Shown here: positions 19,423 through 28,915 of the stretch, piece after piece
How the letters are laid out: each line of letters opens with the position of its first letter
How positions within the stretch are numbered: position 1 is the first letter of the stretch
NCBI GenBank assembly: GCA_009777515.1
Contig: WRLR01000005.1
Location: forward strand, 2,277-66,276
Direction: 5' to 3'
From: Oscillospiraceae bacterium
GTDB taxonomy: Bacteria; Bacillota; Clostridia; WRLR01
Length of the DNA stretch: 64,000 nucleotides
The notes under the pieces: model-generated
The model's input: the letters and a program-made list of their open reading frames with translations, nothing else
The model's database searches: none
Told to the model about the DNA's origin: nothing
Position numbers and translations under genes: made by a program

Positions 19423-20622
19423 TTATATGCTTATTTCCGGGGCCCAGAAGAGGTCCATGCCGAAGCCGGGTTTTTCGGGGAGATTCAGGACGCCGTTTTT
19501 GAGGATATAGCCGCTGTAGTCGACGCCCTCCGATTCGCCCAGCACGGCTTCGATGTAGTGGACGTTCAATGGGTACGCGGCGGCTATGTGCGCGGAGTAG
19601 TGGGTCTTTATCACCTCGCCCCAGGCGTGGGGCGAGGCCATGTACCCGGCTGCGGCTAGCCGTTTTATCAGTTTGCGCCACGCGGTGAAACCATAGCCGC
19701 ATATGTCGGGCTGCCATACATCGAGCAACCCCTTCCCGGCCAGGTCGAACAGCAGCCCGATATCCGTGCGCGATTCGCCGTCGGCGATATACGTACCGGG
19801 CATATGTGTGTTCAAATATTCACGGAGCTTGCGGTTGTCCGCCTCGCACTCGCGGAAAGGCTCCTCGATCCAATAGAGCGGGCAGCCACCGATCCCGTCG
19901 ATATAGCGCTCCATTGATGCGGGGGCGAAGCCGTCGTTGCCGTCCACCATCAGCACGGCGTCGGGCAACGCTTCGCGTATTTTACGTGTGATTTCGATGT
20001 CGCGGGCGATGCCTGCCGCCTCGGGCGCCATCCACTTGTGCCCCCTGCCGATTTTGATCTTGAATGTACGGTGCCCCAGTTCATAATCGGACAGGCTGTC
20101 TTCAATGACTTTTTGGACGCCGAAAGGCTTGTCCTCCGGGATTAGGTCGTTCATATATATCGCGCCATCGTACACGCGTACAGAGGATGCGGCGTCCGGG
20201 TCGATCATACGCCTGACCGGGATGCCCAAAATGTTACCGGCGAGGTCGTGCAGGGCAATATCGAACGCGATAAACATATCGTCGGTCAAACCGGATTCCG
20301 CCGCGAACACATCGGCTATGGATTTGCCGGTCAAGGCGTCGACGAGCGCCGCGTCGACGGGCGGCTTTCCGGCACTGCCGCGGCGCATGAGGGCGCCCCA
20401 GCCGGAGGCGCCGTGGTTGGTGTACAGTTGGGCGACTGTCGCCTCCCCGCCGAAGCCATGGTACCCCAGCGCGGCGTTGTAGCCGTGCAGCCTGGGGTAG
20501 CGCGCCCTGAACCGCTTGATTTTCACATCGGTAATGATATGGCGCCGGAGTTCGTCATTATATTTTATATACTGCTCATTATATGCGTCCATATGTGATG
20601 GGTACATACGTGATGGATCCAT
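19423..20622 (-). CDS. Mandelate racemase/muconate lactonizing enzyme family protein
   Basis: 'DIALHDLAG', KxK 'FKIKIG', metal ligands in 'VDGN', 'WIEEP', 'DGE'. Confidence 0.9.
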   Translation of the reverse strand: MDPSRMYPSHMDAYNEQYIKYNDELRRHIITDVKIKRFRARYPRLHGYNAALGYHGFGGEATVAQLYTNHGASGWGALMRRGSAGKPPVDAALVDALTGKSIADVFAAESGLTDDMFIAFDIALHDLAGNILGIPVRRMIDPDAASSVRVYDGAIYMNDLIPEDKPFGVQKVIEDSLSDYELGHRTFKIKIGRGHKWMAPEAAGIARDIEITRKIREALPDAVLMVDGNDGFAPASMERYIDGIGGCPLYWIEEPFRECEADNRKLREYLNTHMPGTYIADGESRTDIGLLFDLAGKGLLDVWQPDICGYGFTAWRKLIKRLAAAGYMASPHAWGEVIKTHYSAHIAAAYPLNVHYIEAVLGESEGVDYSGYILKNGVLNLPEKPGFGMDLFWAPEISI

Positions 20623-20755
20623 GTACGTTTCGCCTCCATTTCATTGTTCGCGCAGTCGTGCGGTGGCAATATGTTTCCAAATAATATAACATAATAATAT
20701 ATGTAATTTATCATAATATGCAATTTATCAGATAGCATTTTGGAGGTTTATAGTT

Positions 20756-21907
20756 ATGACGCATAGGGAGCGGTTCCATAGCGTGGCGCGGCGCGAGCCG
20801 GCAGACCGCGTTGTGTTTGATTTGTGCGGATCGCCGCAGACAGGCATAGACTACCCGCAGACCCGCGAGGCGCTCGCGGCGCATTTGGGCGTGTTCGGGC
20901 CCAAACAGGGGCCCTGGCTCATAGACGAGCGTATCTTGGAACACTTTGATATAGACACCCGCCTCGTCGGTGGCATGCCCACCCCGGAAACCGTGCACTG
21001 CCGGCTGGAGGGCGACGTCCGCTACAACGCCTATGGCATCGGCTACACCATGATTAACGGGCATTATGAAATCTGCAGCAACCCTCTCAAAGGCTGCACT
21101 CTGGACGAGATGCTCCGCTATCCCATGCCGGAAGCGGCTCATGTCGATCGGGGCAGGGTACGGGCATGGGCGGAGGACGCCCGCCTCCTGCACGAGCGGA
21201 CGGACTATGCAGTCGTGGCGGAACACCCTGTTTTGGGCGTATTCGAAATAGGCTGCTGGATGCACGGCTTTGACGACTACCTCTACCGGCTGGCCGCCGA
21301 GCCGGAGTACGTGCACGCTTTTTCCGGGCGCATACTGGATTATCAAAAAGCCGTCATCGATATTTATTACGGGGCGCTGGGCAGCTATATCGACTGCACC
21401 ACATCCGGCGATGATTTTGGCATGCAGACAGGGCCGTTCATGTCCGCCGAAATGTTCGGCGAGCTGATTGCGCCGTATTTAAAGGAGCGGATTTCATACA
21501 CAAAGCGCCATACCGACGCGGTGTACAAGCACCACACATGCGGCTCCGTGCACGCGTTCATCCCGCAGCTTATCGAATGCGGCGTGGACATACTAAACCC
21601 CATACAGCCGGGTACATACATGATGGAACCTGAGCGCCTGAAAGCGGATTTCGGGGGAGGCATCGCGTTCTGGGGCGGCATCGACACGCAGCACCTCCTG
21701 CCGGAAGGCAGCGTCGAGGACGTAAAGGGCGAGGTGAAGCGGATACTCGCCATCATGGAGCGGAGCGGTGAAAACAAAAAGAGCCGGACGGGCTATATTC
21801 TAGCGCCCGCCCACTGCATACAGCCCGACGTCCCGCCCCAAAACATCGCCGCGATATACGAAGGTGCAAAAGAATATTACGCCAATGTTACGCCAACATA
21901 TAACTAA
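20756..21907 (+). CDS. Uroporphyrinogen decarboxylase-like (MtaA/CmuA superfamily) protein
   Basis: 'MTHRERF', 'GDDFGMQTGP', 'HTCGSV', 'FWGGIDTQ', 'APAHCIQPDVPPQNI'. Confidence 0.9.
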   Translation: MTHRERFHSVARREPADRVVFDLCGSPQTGIDYPQTREALAAHLGVFGPKQGPWLIDERILEHFDIDTRLVGGMPTPETVHCRLEGDVRYNAYGIGYTMINGHYEICSNPLKGCTLDEMLRYPMPEAAHVDRGRVRAWAEDARLLHERTDYAVVAEHPVLGVFEIGCWMHGFDDYLYRLAAEPEYVHAFSGRILDYQKAVIDIYYGALGSYIDCTTSGDDFGMQTGPFMSAEMFGELIAPYLKERISYTKRHTDAVYKHHTCGSVHAFIPQLIECGVDILNPIQPGTYMMEPERLKADFGGGIAFWGGIDTQHLLPEGSVEDVKGEVKRILAIMERSGENKKSRTGYILAPAHCIQPDVPPQNIAAIYEGAKEYYANVTPTYN

Positions 21908-22035
21908 CTGCGGACGGTCAATGCAGACTGCGCAAAACAAATTAGTAGCTGGCAAATTATACTAACCATGTAGGGGCGGGCGCAGAGCAAATACGCGTCG
22001 TTGGTGTCGCCGTAGCCTTCGAGCACATATTCGTT

Positions 22036-22389
22036 TTAATCAGGCTTTCTATTTTTAGTCCCCTGGGCGACGGCGATTTTATTGCCGTCGGGATCGGCGA
22101 ACCAAAATGAGTATGCCCCCCACGGGCGCCTTTCGGGCGGCGATATTATTTCGACTCCGGGAATTTCGCGCAGCAGCCGCGCGTACTCCGCATCCAGGTC
22201 TTCGGCAAAACATTGTAACCAGACATTTTTTTCCGTCGCTATATTCACATCGCCCGGATCATAGATGGCGATGCTGCCGAACCCGTAATGGCTCCCTTCG
22301 ACAAACGGCTCTTCTTGAAAAACGGTTTTATAAAACTCCGCCAGGCGCGGCGCATTGTCCGTCACGATGCATATCCCACCAAATTCCAT
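22036..22389 (-). CDS. VOC/glyoxalase family protein
   Basis: 'LAEFYK', 'PERRPWGAYSFWFADPDGNKI'. Confidence 0.88.
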   Translation of the reverse strand: MEFGGICIVTDNAPRLAEFYKTVFQEEPFVEGSHYGFGSIAIYDPGDVNIATEKNVWLQCFAEDLDAEYARLLREIPGVEIISPPERRPWGAYSFWFADPDGNKIAVAQGTKNRKPD

Positions 22390-22407
22390 GGGTCTCCCCC
22401 TATACAA

Positions 22408-22550
22408 AGTTAATTCACAAGTTACTACACGATTTATTACACAAGTTGCTACACGAGTTATTACATGAGTTGCTACACAATTTATTACACAAGTTGCTAT
22501 ACGAGTTATTACATGAGTTAAAAACGAGTTATTACACCAGTTATTACACG
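22408..22550. repeat. Degenerate 12-bp tandem repeat (agttattacacg-like) ending at the SDR stop codon
   Basis: About 11-12 units filling the intergenic space. Confidence 0.85.
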
Positions 22551-23356
22551 TTGCGCAGCTTCAAGCCGCCGTCGACAAGCACGGTCGAGCCGGTCATATA
22601 TCTGAAAGCGTCGGACACCATGCACGCCACGACGTCGCCCATGTCCTCCGGCTCACCAGCCCTGCCAAGGGGCAGCCTAGGCCGCGACCTGTCGCGCTCT
22701 GCCTCCGGCGTCAACTGTATCTGCCTCAAATCCTGCCTGCCAAGTTTTGTTATGATCTCCCCCGGCGCCAGCGTGTTCACCCTGACGCCATACTGTGCTA
22801 AATCCACGGCGAGGCATTGCATTAGTACTTCCTGCGCGGCCTTTGTGCTGGTGTAGACGGCGTGGGGCGGCAGCGGCCACAACGCGTTCACGGACGTGAC
22901 GATGACGATATTGCCCGAGCGCCGCGCCTTCATGAACTCCGCCGCGCCCTGGCAGAAAAACAGCGCGCCTTTATAGTTAATGCCGATAATCCTGTCCATG
23001 TACTGCTCTTCCGACTCAAGCGCGCGCATCGCGTACGTCACCCCAGCGTTGGCGACAAGTATATCCAGCTCCTCCCCGTATTCGCGGCGGTAATGGGCAA
23101 AAAACGCGTCGGCCTGCGCCTTGTCGCTGACGTCCGCCTGATATGCAGCTCCGCACCCGGGCCGGATGGCGCATAGCTCCTCTTTGGCTTGCTCAAGCGT
23201 TGCCGGGTCGCGCCCGACGATTACGACGTCGGCGCCGAAATGCGCCAGCGAACGCGCTATGCCGAGCCCTATCCCGGAGTTCCCGCCGGTGACGACCGCT
23301 TTTTTACCATCGAGGCCGAACACATTTTTCACATAATCAAAATTCACAATAGCCAC
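22544..23356 (-). CDS. SDR family NAD(P)-dependent oxidoreductase
   Basis: TGGNSGIG, NAG, YTSTK catalytic motif, 'TGSTVLVDGG'. Confidence 0.95.
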   Translation of the reverse strand: MAIVNFDYVKNVFGLDGKKAVVTGGNSGIGLGIARSLAHFGADVVIVGRDPATLEQAKEELCAIRPGCGAAYQADVSDKAQADAFFAHYRREYGEELDILVANAGVTYAMRALESEEQYMDRIIGINYKGALFFCQGAAEFMKARRSGNIVIVTSVNALWPLPPHAVYTSTKAAQEVLMQCLAVDLAQYGVRVNTLAPGEIITKLGRQDLRQIQLTPEAERDRSRPRLPLGRAGEPEDMGDVVACMVSDAFRYMTGSTVLVDGGLKLRNV

Positions 23357-23384
23357 CTTGTTATCCTATTTTATTGCCGCCGTT

Positions 23385-23424
23385 CGGCGGGGGCAAGCCC
23401 CCGCCGCGTCCTGCCAGGCATCCC
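23385..23424. repeat. GC-rich palindromic dispersed repeat, copy 2
   Basis: cggcgggggcaagcccccgccgcg..., reverse complement of the 16460-16502 element. Confidence 0.7.
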
Positions 23425-23471
23425 AAAAGCCACACTCACTGCGCCGCTGCGCAGCCGCGTCTCCCCCTAAC

Positions 23472-24794
23472 TCAATCAAATAACTTCTTCGCGAGCGCCT
23501 CGTAGCGGGCCAGCAGATCGTCGACCGCAAACTCCGGATGCCCGTTGATGTATGTCAATACCTTGTTGTTGAATGGCCTGTACCAATGCCCCGGAATGGC
23601 GCCGACCCCGTACGCCGCGCCGAAGAGGCTGCCCACGGTCGCCGCCGTACAGTCGTTGTCGTAGCCCATGGCGACAGTCTCGCCGATGCAACGCGTGAAA
23701 TCGTCGCCGCCAATCATGAGCCCGAAGATGGTCAGGCACGCGTTGTTGTTCGTGTGCACGCCGCTCATCTCCCCAAAGCGCTCGTCCACGGCGGCGCGCG
23801 CCTCGCGGTAGTCCTTTATCCCTTTGCCCGCGTCCAGCGCCCATGCGACGTCCCGAGCCAGCAGGCAGTCCTTCGGTATCTCGGCGAGCCCCAGCCGCAG
23901 CGCCTCGACGGCGTCGTTCACGGCAAACGCTGCCGCGATGGCGGCGCTGAAATACATCTCCCCAAATATACCGTTCCTGCGGTGGCTCACCCACGCGTCC
24001 GTCCACGCCATTTCAGCCGCTTTCTCCGGCAGCCCCGGCGCCAGATAGCCCCACGGGTCGCTGCGGATGTCCGCCCCGATCCACTGGATGAACGGGTTGT
24101 CCGTTTCGGCGGCTTTTTGCGCCGGGATGCCCGCACGCAGATTTATCAACGCGACCTCTTCCGCAGTGCAGGCGTACGGCAGGTACTTGACCCAGGCGGC
24201 GCCAACGTCCTCGACGGTAAAGTCCAGCCCGTACTCCTCGGCGATGAGCAGCCCGAGCACTGTATATGTGACGTCGTCGTCCACAGGCACATTTTTCAAG
24301 CCGGACAGGGTGTAGTCGTAGCAGGTGCTGACGCCGTAGCGCTTGTCGTTCGGGCGCTTGATGGACGACCAGTAGTTGACGGGCGGGAACGGATCGCCAA
24401 TCCATTCGGCCCAGTCCTTCATGTCGTCAACTTTCCAGCCCTCGACGATCGCGCCGAGTGTGCAGCCCGCCATGCGCCCCAGCAGCGCGCCGGCCAACCT
24501 GTCCGCGTACAGCCCTTTGTCAAACGCCTTCCACAAAGCCTTCGCAGCGCCCGCTGGCCGCAGTTTCTTGATAGCGTCGAGCGCATCCGGTTCCTGCGCG
24601 GCCAGCGCGGCGTCTTCCGGCAAGCTCAAAAGCTTCCCCAGAGCCACGTCCAGCGCAGCCCCCGCGTCCGCTAGGATTTTTTCTATTTCGGCCTTGTCCG
24701 AGCCGTATTCATATTTCAAGTGCGAAAACTCCGATAGACGCCCGCGAATCCTGTTAAAATCAGGCATTTTCGGATATTTGATCGGATAATCCAT
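23472..24794 (-). CDS. ADP-ribosylglycohydrolase family protein
   Basis: 'GALLGRMAGCTLG', 'VDDDVTYT', 'GADIRSD', 'GYDNDCTAATVGS'. Confidence 0.9.
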   Translation of the reverse strand: MDYPIKYPKMPDFNRIRGRLSEFSHLKYEYGSDKAEIEKILADAGAALDVALGKLLSLPEDAALAAQEPDALDAIKKLRPAGAAKALWKAFDKGLYADRLAGALLGRMAGCTLGAIVEGWKVDDMKDWAEWIGDPFPPVNYWSSIKRPNDKRYGVSTCYDYTLSGLKNVPVDDDVTYTVLGLLIAEEYGLDFTVEDVGAAWVKYLPYACTAEEVALINLRAGIPAQKAAETDNPFIQWIGADIRSDPWGYLAPGLPEKAAEMAWTDAWVSHRRNGIFGEMYFSAAIAAAFAVNDAVEALRLGLAEIPKDCLLARDVAWALDAGKGIKDYREARAAVDERFGEMSGVHTNNNACLTIFGLMIGGDDFTRCIGETVAMGYDNDCTAATVGSLFGAAYGVGAIPGHWYRPFNNKVLTYINGHPEFAVDDLLARYEALAKKLFD

Positions 24795-24918
24795 ATTTTC
24801 TATACCTCCACAAATATTTATTTCATTTATTGAACATTATGCCATTTAATGCGTCAATAATAAAATCATTATATAATTAATAATTATAAATTGCATTCGC
24901 AAAAACCGGAGAGGGACA

Positions 24919-26016
24919 ATGGCTGCACCTTTATTAATTATTACATCTGCATCTACTTCTGCATCTGCACCTGCACCTGCATCTGCATCTGCATATAAAC
25001 GATGGCAAATGGTATCGGTATATTCCTTTGCACATTTTATAGTGGATTTCGCCTGCGCTTTTTTGATGTTCCGTTATATCGCGGGGACGCCGGACGCGTA
25101 CCTATGCGTGTTGCTATATAATTTTTGCGCCTTTGCCATGCAGATGCCGATAGGCATTATCGCAGATAAATTGAACCGAAATAACCTCTTAGCCACTATC
25201 GGCTGCTTTTTGGTCGGGCTGGCCCATGCGCTTGTTTCCATCCCTGTTACAGCAGTAATCTTTGCCGGGATCGGCAACGCCCTGTTCCACATAGGCGGCG
25301 GCGTCGATGTGCTGAACATCAGCGAGAAGAAGCTCGGCCCACTTGGCGTGTTTGTCTCGCCCGGTGCGTTCGGCATATATTATGGAACCATGCTGGGCAG
25401 GGGGAGCGCTCTTTCTGCCAATGCTGTTCCGCTTGTGATTATCGTGGCAATGTGTGCGATTTATACTGTATATAAATCGCAAAAAGGGGCGTATCCCAAA
25501 AACGCCGCGTTTTCATTGGAAGGGGCTGGCGCCCCGGACATGCTCATCTCAGCCGTCTGCCTGTTCCTTGTGGTTTGCCTGCGATCTTTTTTAGGGCTGG
25601 CGCTGGACTTTTCGTGGAAAAGCGCCGGGCATTGGGGAACGGCCCTGATATGCGCGGTGGTTTTTGGCAAAACCATCGGCGGCTTTATCGCAGACAGGTT
25701 CGGTGCTTTTAAAACGGCGCTCATTTCCCTGGCCATTGCAACCATATTGTTCCTCATGCCGCACATCCCGGCTGCAAGCGTCGCCGCAGTGCTGATGTTT
25801 AACATGACCATGCCGATCACGCTTTGGGTAATGGCGAAAATTATGCCCGGGGCAAAAGGATTTGCCTTTGGCCTATTGACGTTCGGGCTGTTCCTCGGCT
25901 TCCTGCCCGTGTACCTCGGAGTAGACGTTTCGCAATTTATATCATGGATATTCGCTTTGATTTCCGCTGCGTCCCTTGCGATTCTCCTGACGGGCCTGCG
26001 GAGGGCAAGGCTTTGA
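24919..26016 (+). CDS. MFS-like multi-pass membrane protein
   Basis: About 12 hydrophobic segments; 'GIIADK' and 'GFIADRFG' MFS loop motifs. Confidence 0.8.
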   Translation: MAAPLLIITSASTSASAPAPASASAYKRWQMVSVYSFAHFIVDFACAFLMFRYIAGTPDAYLCVLLYNFCAFAMQMPIGIIADKLNRNNLLATIGCFLVGLAHALVSIPVTAVIFAGIGNALFHIGGGVDVLNISEKKLGPLGVFVSPGAFGIYYGTMLGRGSALSANAVPLVIIVAMCAIYTVYKSQKGAYPKNAAFSLEGAGAPDMLISAVCLFLVVCLRSFLGLALDFSWKSAGHWGTALICAVVFGKTIGGFIADRFGAFKTALISLAIATILFLMPHIPAASVAAVLMFNMTMPITLWVMAKIMPGAKGFAFGLLTFGLFLGFLPVYLGVDVSQFISWIFALISAASLAILLTGLRRARL

Positions 26017-26018
26017 AT

Positions 26019-26381
26019 ATGGCGCTTATTTGGTCTTTAGCGATATCGTTGGTGCTGACGATTGCCCTTGAAACAGGGTTTTATATTATAACAAACAAGC
26101 TCAAGCAGTTAGCGAACGCGCACGAAAAAAAAGACTTACTGCTGGTTGTGCTTGTAAACGTGCTCACGAACCCCGCTGTGGTGCTGCTGTATTGGCTAGC
26201 GGTATCATATACGGATTGGAATACTGTTATTGTTTTGGCGCCGCTGGAGCTGTCAGCTATATTCATAGAGGGATTCTATTATAAAAAATATGGCAGCGGT
26301 TTTCGGCGCCCATATATGTTTTCAGCCGCCGCGAACACGTTTTCGTTCGGGACAGGTGTTTTGATCCAAATGTTTATTTGA
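26019..26381 (+). CDS. Small integral membrane protein
   Basis: Four hydrophobic segments, 'LTIALE', 'VNVLTNP'; coupled to the MFS gene. Confidence 0.75.
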   Translation: MALIWSLAISLVLTIALETGFYIITNKLKQLANAHEKKDLLLVVLVNVLTNPAVVLLYWLAVSYTDWNTVIVLAPLELSAIFIEGFYYKKYGSGFRRPYMFSAAANTFSFGTGVLIQMFI

Positions 26382-26392
26382 GGGGGTATTTT

Positions 26393-27181
26393 ATGCTTAA
26401 GCGATGCATTGCGATTATCATTGCATGTGTGGCGCTGTTGCCCGCGCTGGCCGCGCACGCCGACCTTGTCGCGGAGCCCGCAAATAGTTTTTTTGACCGA
26501 TATGGGAATGACTGCGTGTACTTGGGGCGGAGTTTTCAAGTAAATAGCGCGGACGGTTTCGTGCAGATAAAAGATGAACCTGGGTCCAATAGAGGCGGCC
26601 CCGAAATGAGTAACGGCGAGATTGTATATTTAAACTATTCATGCCTTTATAAAGGGGAATATTGGGGACAGGCGCGCACTAAAAACGGGTGGGTCAAAAT
26701 CGATGGCCAGCTATTAGTACTGTACGATTATGTCGCCTTTGAGGAAGAGCACATAGCGGATATTTACGATTATAATGGCGACTACGGCGAGATAGTAAAT
26801 TCCAAAGCGGCGGTGGCATGGCCATGGCCGGGCGCGGACGAGCCGTTGTGGACTTTCGAGGATTTGGATACGGAAAATTTACGTGTCGCCCATGCTTATA
26901 AAGATGCGCAAGGGCGCGAATGGGGATTCGTCCCCTATCTGTACGGCAGCCCGAATATATGGTTTTGCCTGAGCGATCCGTTAAACAAAGACATCCCCGC
27001 CTTCAACCCTGCGCCGGCGCCTATGGCATGGGTCCCGGATACCGCGCATAACGCTATCGAAAATTCTGTTCCCCCCACGCTCATGTTAATAATCATTTTG
27101 GTGGCGGCGCTGGTGATTGGTACATTAATTATATTGAAAGTGTTCTGGAAACCGGTAAAATCTAAAGCGGAGGTAAATTGA
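26393..27181 (+). CDS. Secreted protein with C-terminal TM anchor (SH3-like folds suspected)
   Basis: Signal peptide ending AHA-D; 'GEYWG..GWV', 'GREWGFV'; C-terminal hydrophobic helix and basic tail. Confidence 0.75.
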   Translation: MLKRCIAIIIACVALLPALAAHADLVAEPANSFFDRYGNDCVYLGRSFQVNSADGFVQIKDEPGSNRGGPEMSNGEIVYLNYSCLYKGEYWGQARTKNGWVKIDGQLLVLYDYVAFEEEHIADIYDYNGDYGEIVNSKAAVAWPWPGADEPLWTFEDLDTENLRVAHAYKDAQGREWGFVPYLYGSPNIWFCLSDPLNKDIPAFNPAPAPMAWVPDTAHNAIENSVPPTLMLIIILVAALVIGTLIILKVFWKPVKSKAEVN

Positions 27182-28626
27182 TGATAAAGCGCTTAACATT
27201 AATGCTTTTGGTGTTTTCCATGCTGATATCTCCAATGGCCCCAATGGCCGTATATGCCGACGCCATCATGGGCAATGAATTCAGAAGTAAAATTAGAGAC
27301 AAATTGCAACCTTTAGACAGAAACAGATTTTACGTAAACGGGCCGGATGGCTACGTTACAATAAGAGAGGAACCACGATCGGGCAGCAAGCCGGTCATGA
27401 ATTATAGAGGCGACAGCGAAGTAACATACCCAAACGGCACGCAAGTCCTTATGGATCAAACATATGTCCAAAATGGCGAATACTGGGGCATTATGGAAGA
27501 GGGCCACCATGTTATCTATCCCGGCTGGATTCCGATGGATCATCTTCTGCTGGTATATGTCCGCGAAGATTTTAATGCTGATTTTCAGGATAAGTTCTAT
27601 AAATATGCCGGCAATTTAACCGCCGTCCAAGCGGCAAACCGGCTTGTGCTATGGCAATGGCCAGGCGCGGACAGGGAAAAAAGGGTAATAAATGCAAGCG
27701 ATTTCACCCTTACAAATGCGCAAATCCTCTATGCATACAAAGACAATAGAGGACGCGAATGGGGATATGTAAATATTAATATAAGGCTAGATTGGGACAG
27801 ATCCAACAGGCATGAATGGATTTGCCTCAGCGATCCCGAAAACAGCCAGATTCCTACTTTTCATCCCGCGCCGGAGCCAATAAAGTGGTCATCTGACGGT
27901 ATTTATAAATGGACGCATGTGGATGCCCCCGATAATGCTGTCGGGCAGATCGAGCGGTATTCGCTGGCGCATATCATTAAAGTAAATTCATACGGCGGGA
28001 TCATAACGTTTTCAGATGTGCCGAGAAACGCTTGGTTCGGCAACGCGGTAGCGTCTGCCTATGAATACGATATTATCAAAGGCAAGGGAGCCGGAATTTT
28101 TGATCCCGACGGTATTTTGACATGGGGGGAGGCGCTAACCATTGCGTCTCGGATACATGCAAACTATAAATATGGAAAAAATGAGGGCGACGATCTTTTG
28201 GCTTTATACGATCAAACATATAACTATAGTGTCTACGGCTTTAGATTTTTGTACCAGGGCGCCGTTAAATACTGTCTGTCGGAGGGGCTCATTGATATCG
28301 ACGTAGGCGATATTTATATGGGGGATCCCTATTATGATTTTGAGACCCCTATAACCAGGGCCGAAATGGTTTACGCATGGGCGAAAATCCTTCAGCCGCA
28401 AGACATGCCTAAGCAAAACACGGTAATCACATTGCCGGACGTGGGCGCCAATGCGGATTTTTATGAAGAAATAATTTCATTTTATGAAGCCGGCATTATA
28501 GGCGGCGTCGATGCGCAAGGGACATTTAACCCAAACAACAACATAACCCGGGCGGAAGCGGCGACCATTTTTATGAATTTAATAGACGCAAGCACCAGGC
28601 ACAGCGGCAAGATATACAGAAAATAA
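27181..28626 (+). CDS. S-layer homology (SLH) protein whose N-terminal region is paralogous to the upstream gene
   Basis: 'FSDVPRNAWF', 'FDPDGILTWGEA', 'ITRAEM', 'FNPNNNITRAEAA'; shared WPGA, GREWG and CLSDP motifs. Confidence 0.85.
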   Translation: MIKRLTLMLLVFSMLISPMAPMAVYADAIMGNEFRSKIRDKLQPLDRNRFYVNGPDGYVTIREEPRSGSKPVMNYRGDSEVTYPNGTQVLMDQTYVQNGEYWGIMEEGHHVIYPGWIPMDHLLLVYVREDFNADFQDKFYKYAGNLTAVQAANRLVLWQWPGADREKRVINASDFTLTNAQILYAYKDNRGREWGYVNINIRLDWDRSNRHEWICLSDPENSQIPTFHPAPEPIKWSSDGIYKWTHVDAPDNAVGQIERYSLAHIIKVNSYGGIITFSDVPRNAWFGNAVASAYEYDIIKGKGAGIFDPDGILTWGEALTIASRIHANYKYGKNEGDDLLALYDQTYNYSVYGFRFLYQGAVKYCLSEGLIDIDVGDIYMGDPYYDFETPITRAEMVYAWAKILQPQDMPKQNTVITLPDVGANADFYEEIISFYEAGIIGGVDAQGTFNPNNNITRAEAATIFMNLIDASTRHSGKIYRK

Positions 28627-28781
28627 TAAGGAATATTGGGGATAGGATATTTCGTGAATATTTTGGATATTACGTGACAACAGATTAATTAACATTCTTA
28701 AGGTGACAACACTAACCGGCCGAAATTTTTAGAAAACTTGACAGCTTGATAGCCTGACAGCTAGATAGCCTGATGCATTTG

Positions 28782-28817
28782 AGGGGCGATTTTTGTACTA
28801 CCTATTAAATCGCCCCT
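28782..28817. terminator. Hairpin between convergent genes
   Basis: aggggcgattt ... aaatcgcccct. Confidence 0.65.
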
Positions 28818-28915
28818 GCACGTTATATTGTACGTTATAATCTGTTTATATTCATTCAATCAATGCATATAAAATTAATATTATCTATTAATAAGGCACC
28901 CTTATCCGATTTATT

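Noticed and set aside
22107-22856. ORF with LLHELLHK repeats
   Set aside because: Translation of the 12-bp intergenic array, overlapping two real minus-strand genes
23538-24674. 378-aa plus-strand ORF
   Set aside because: Antisense to the ADP-ribosylglycohydrolase gene; explained by codon bias
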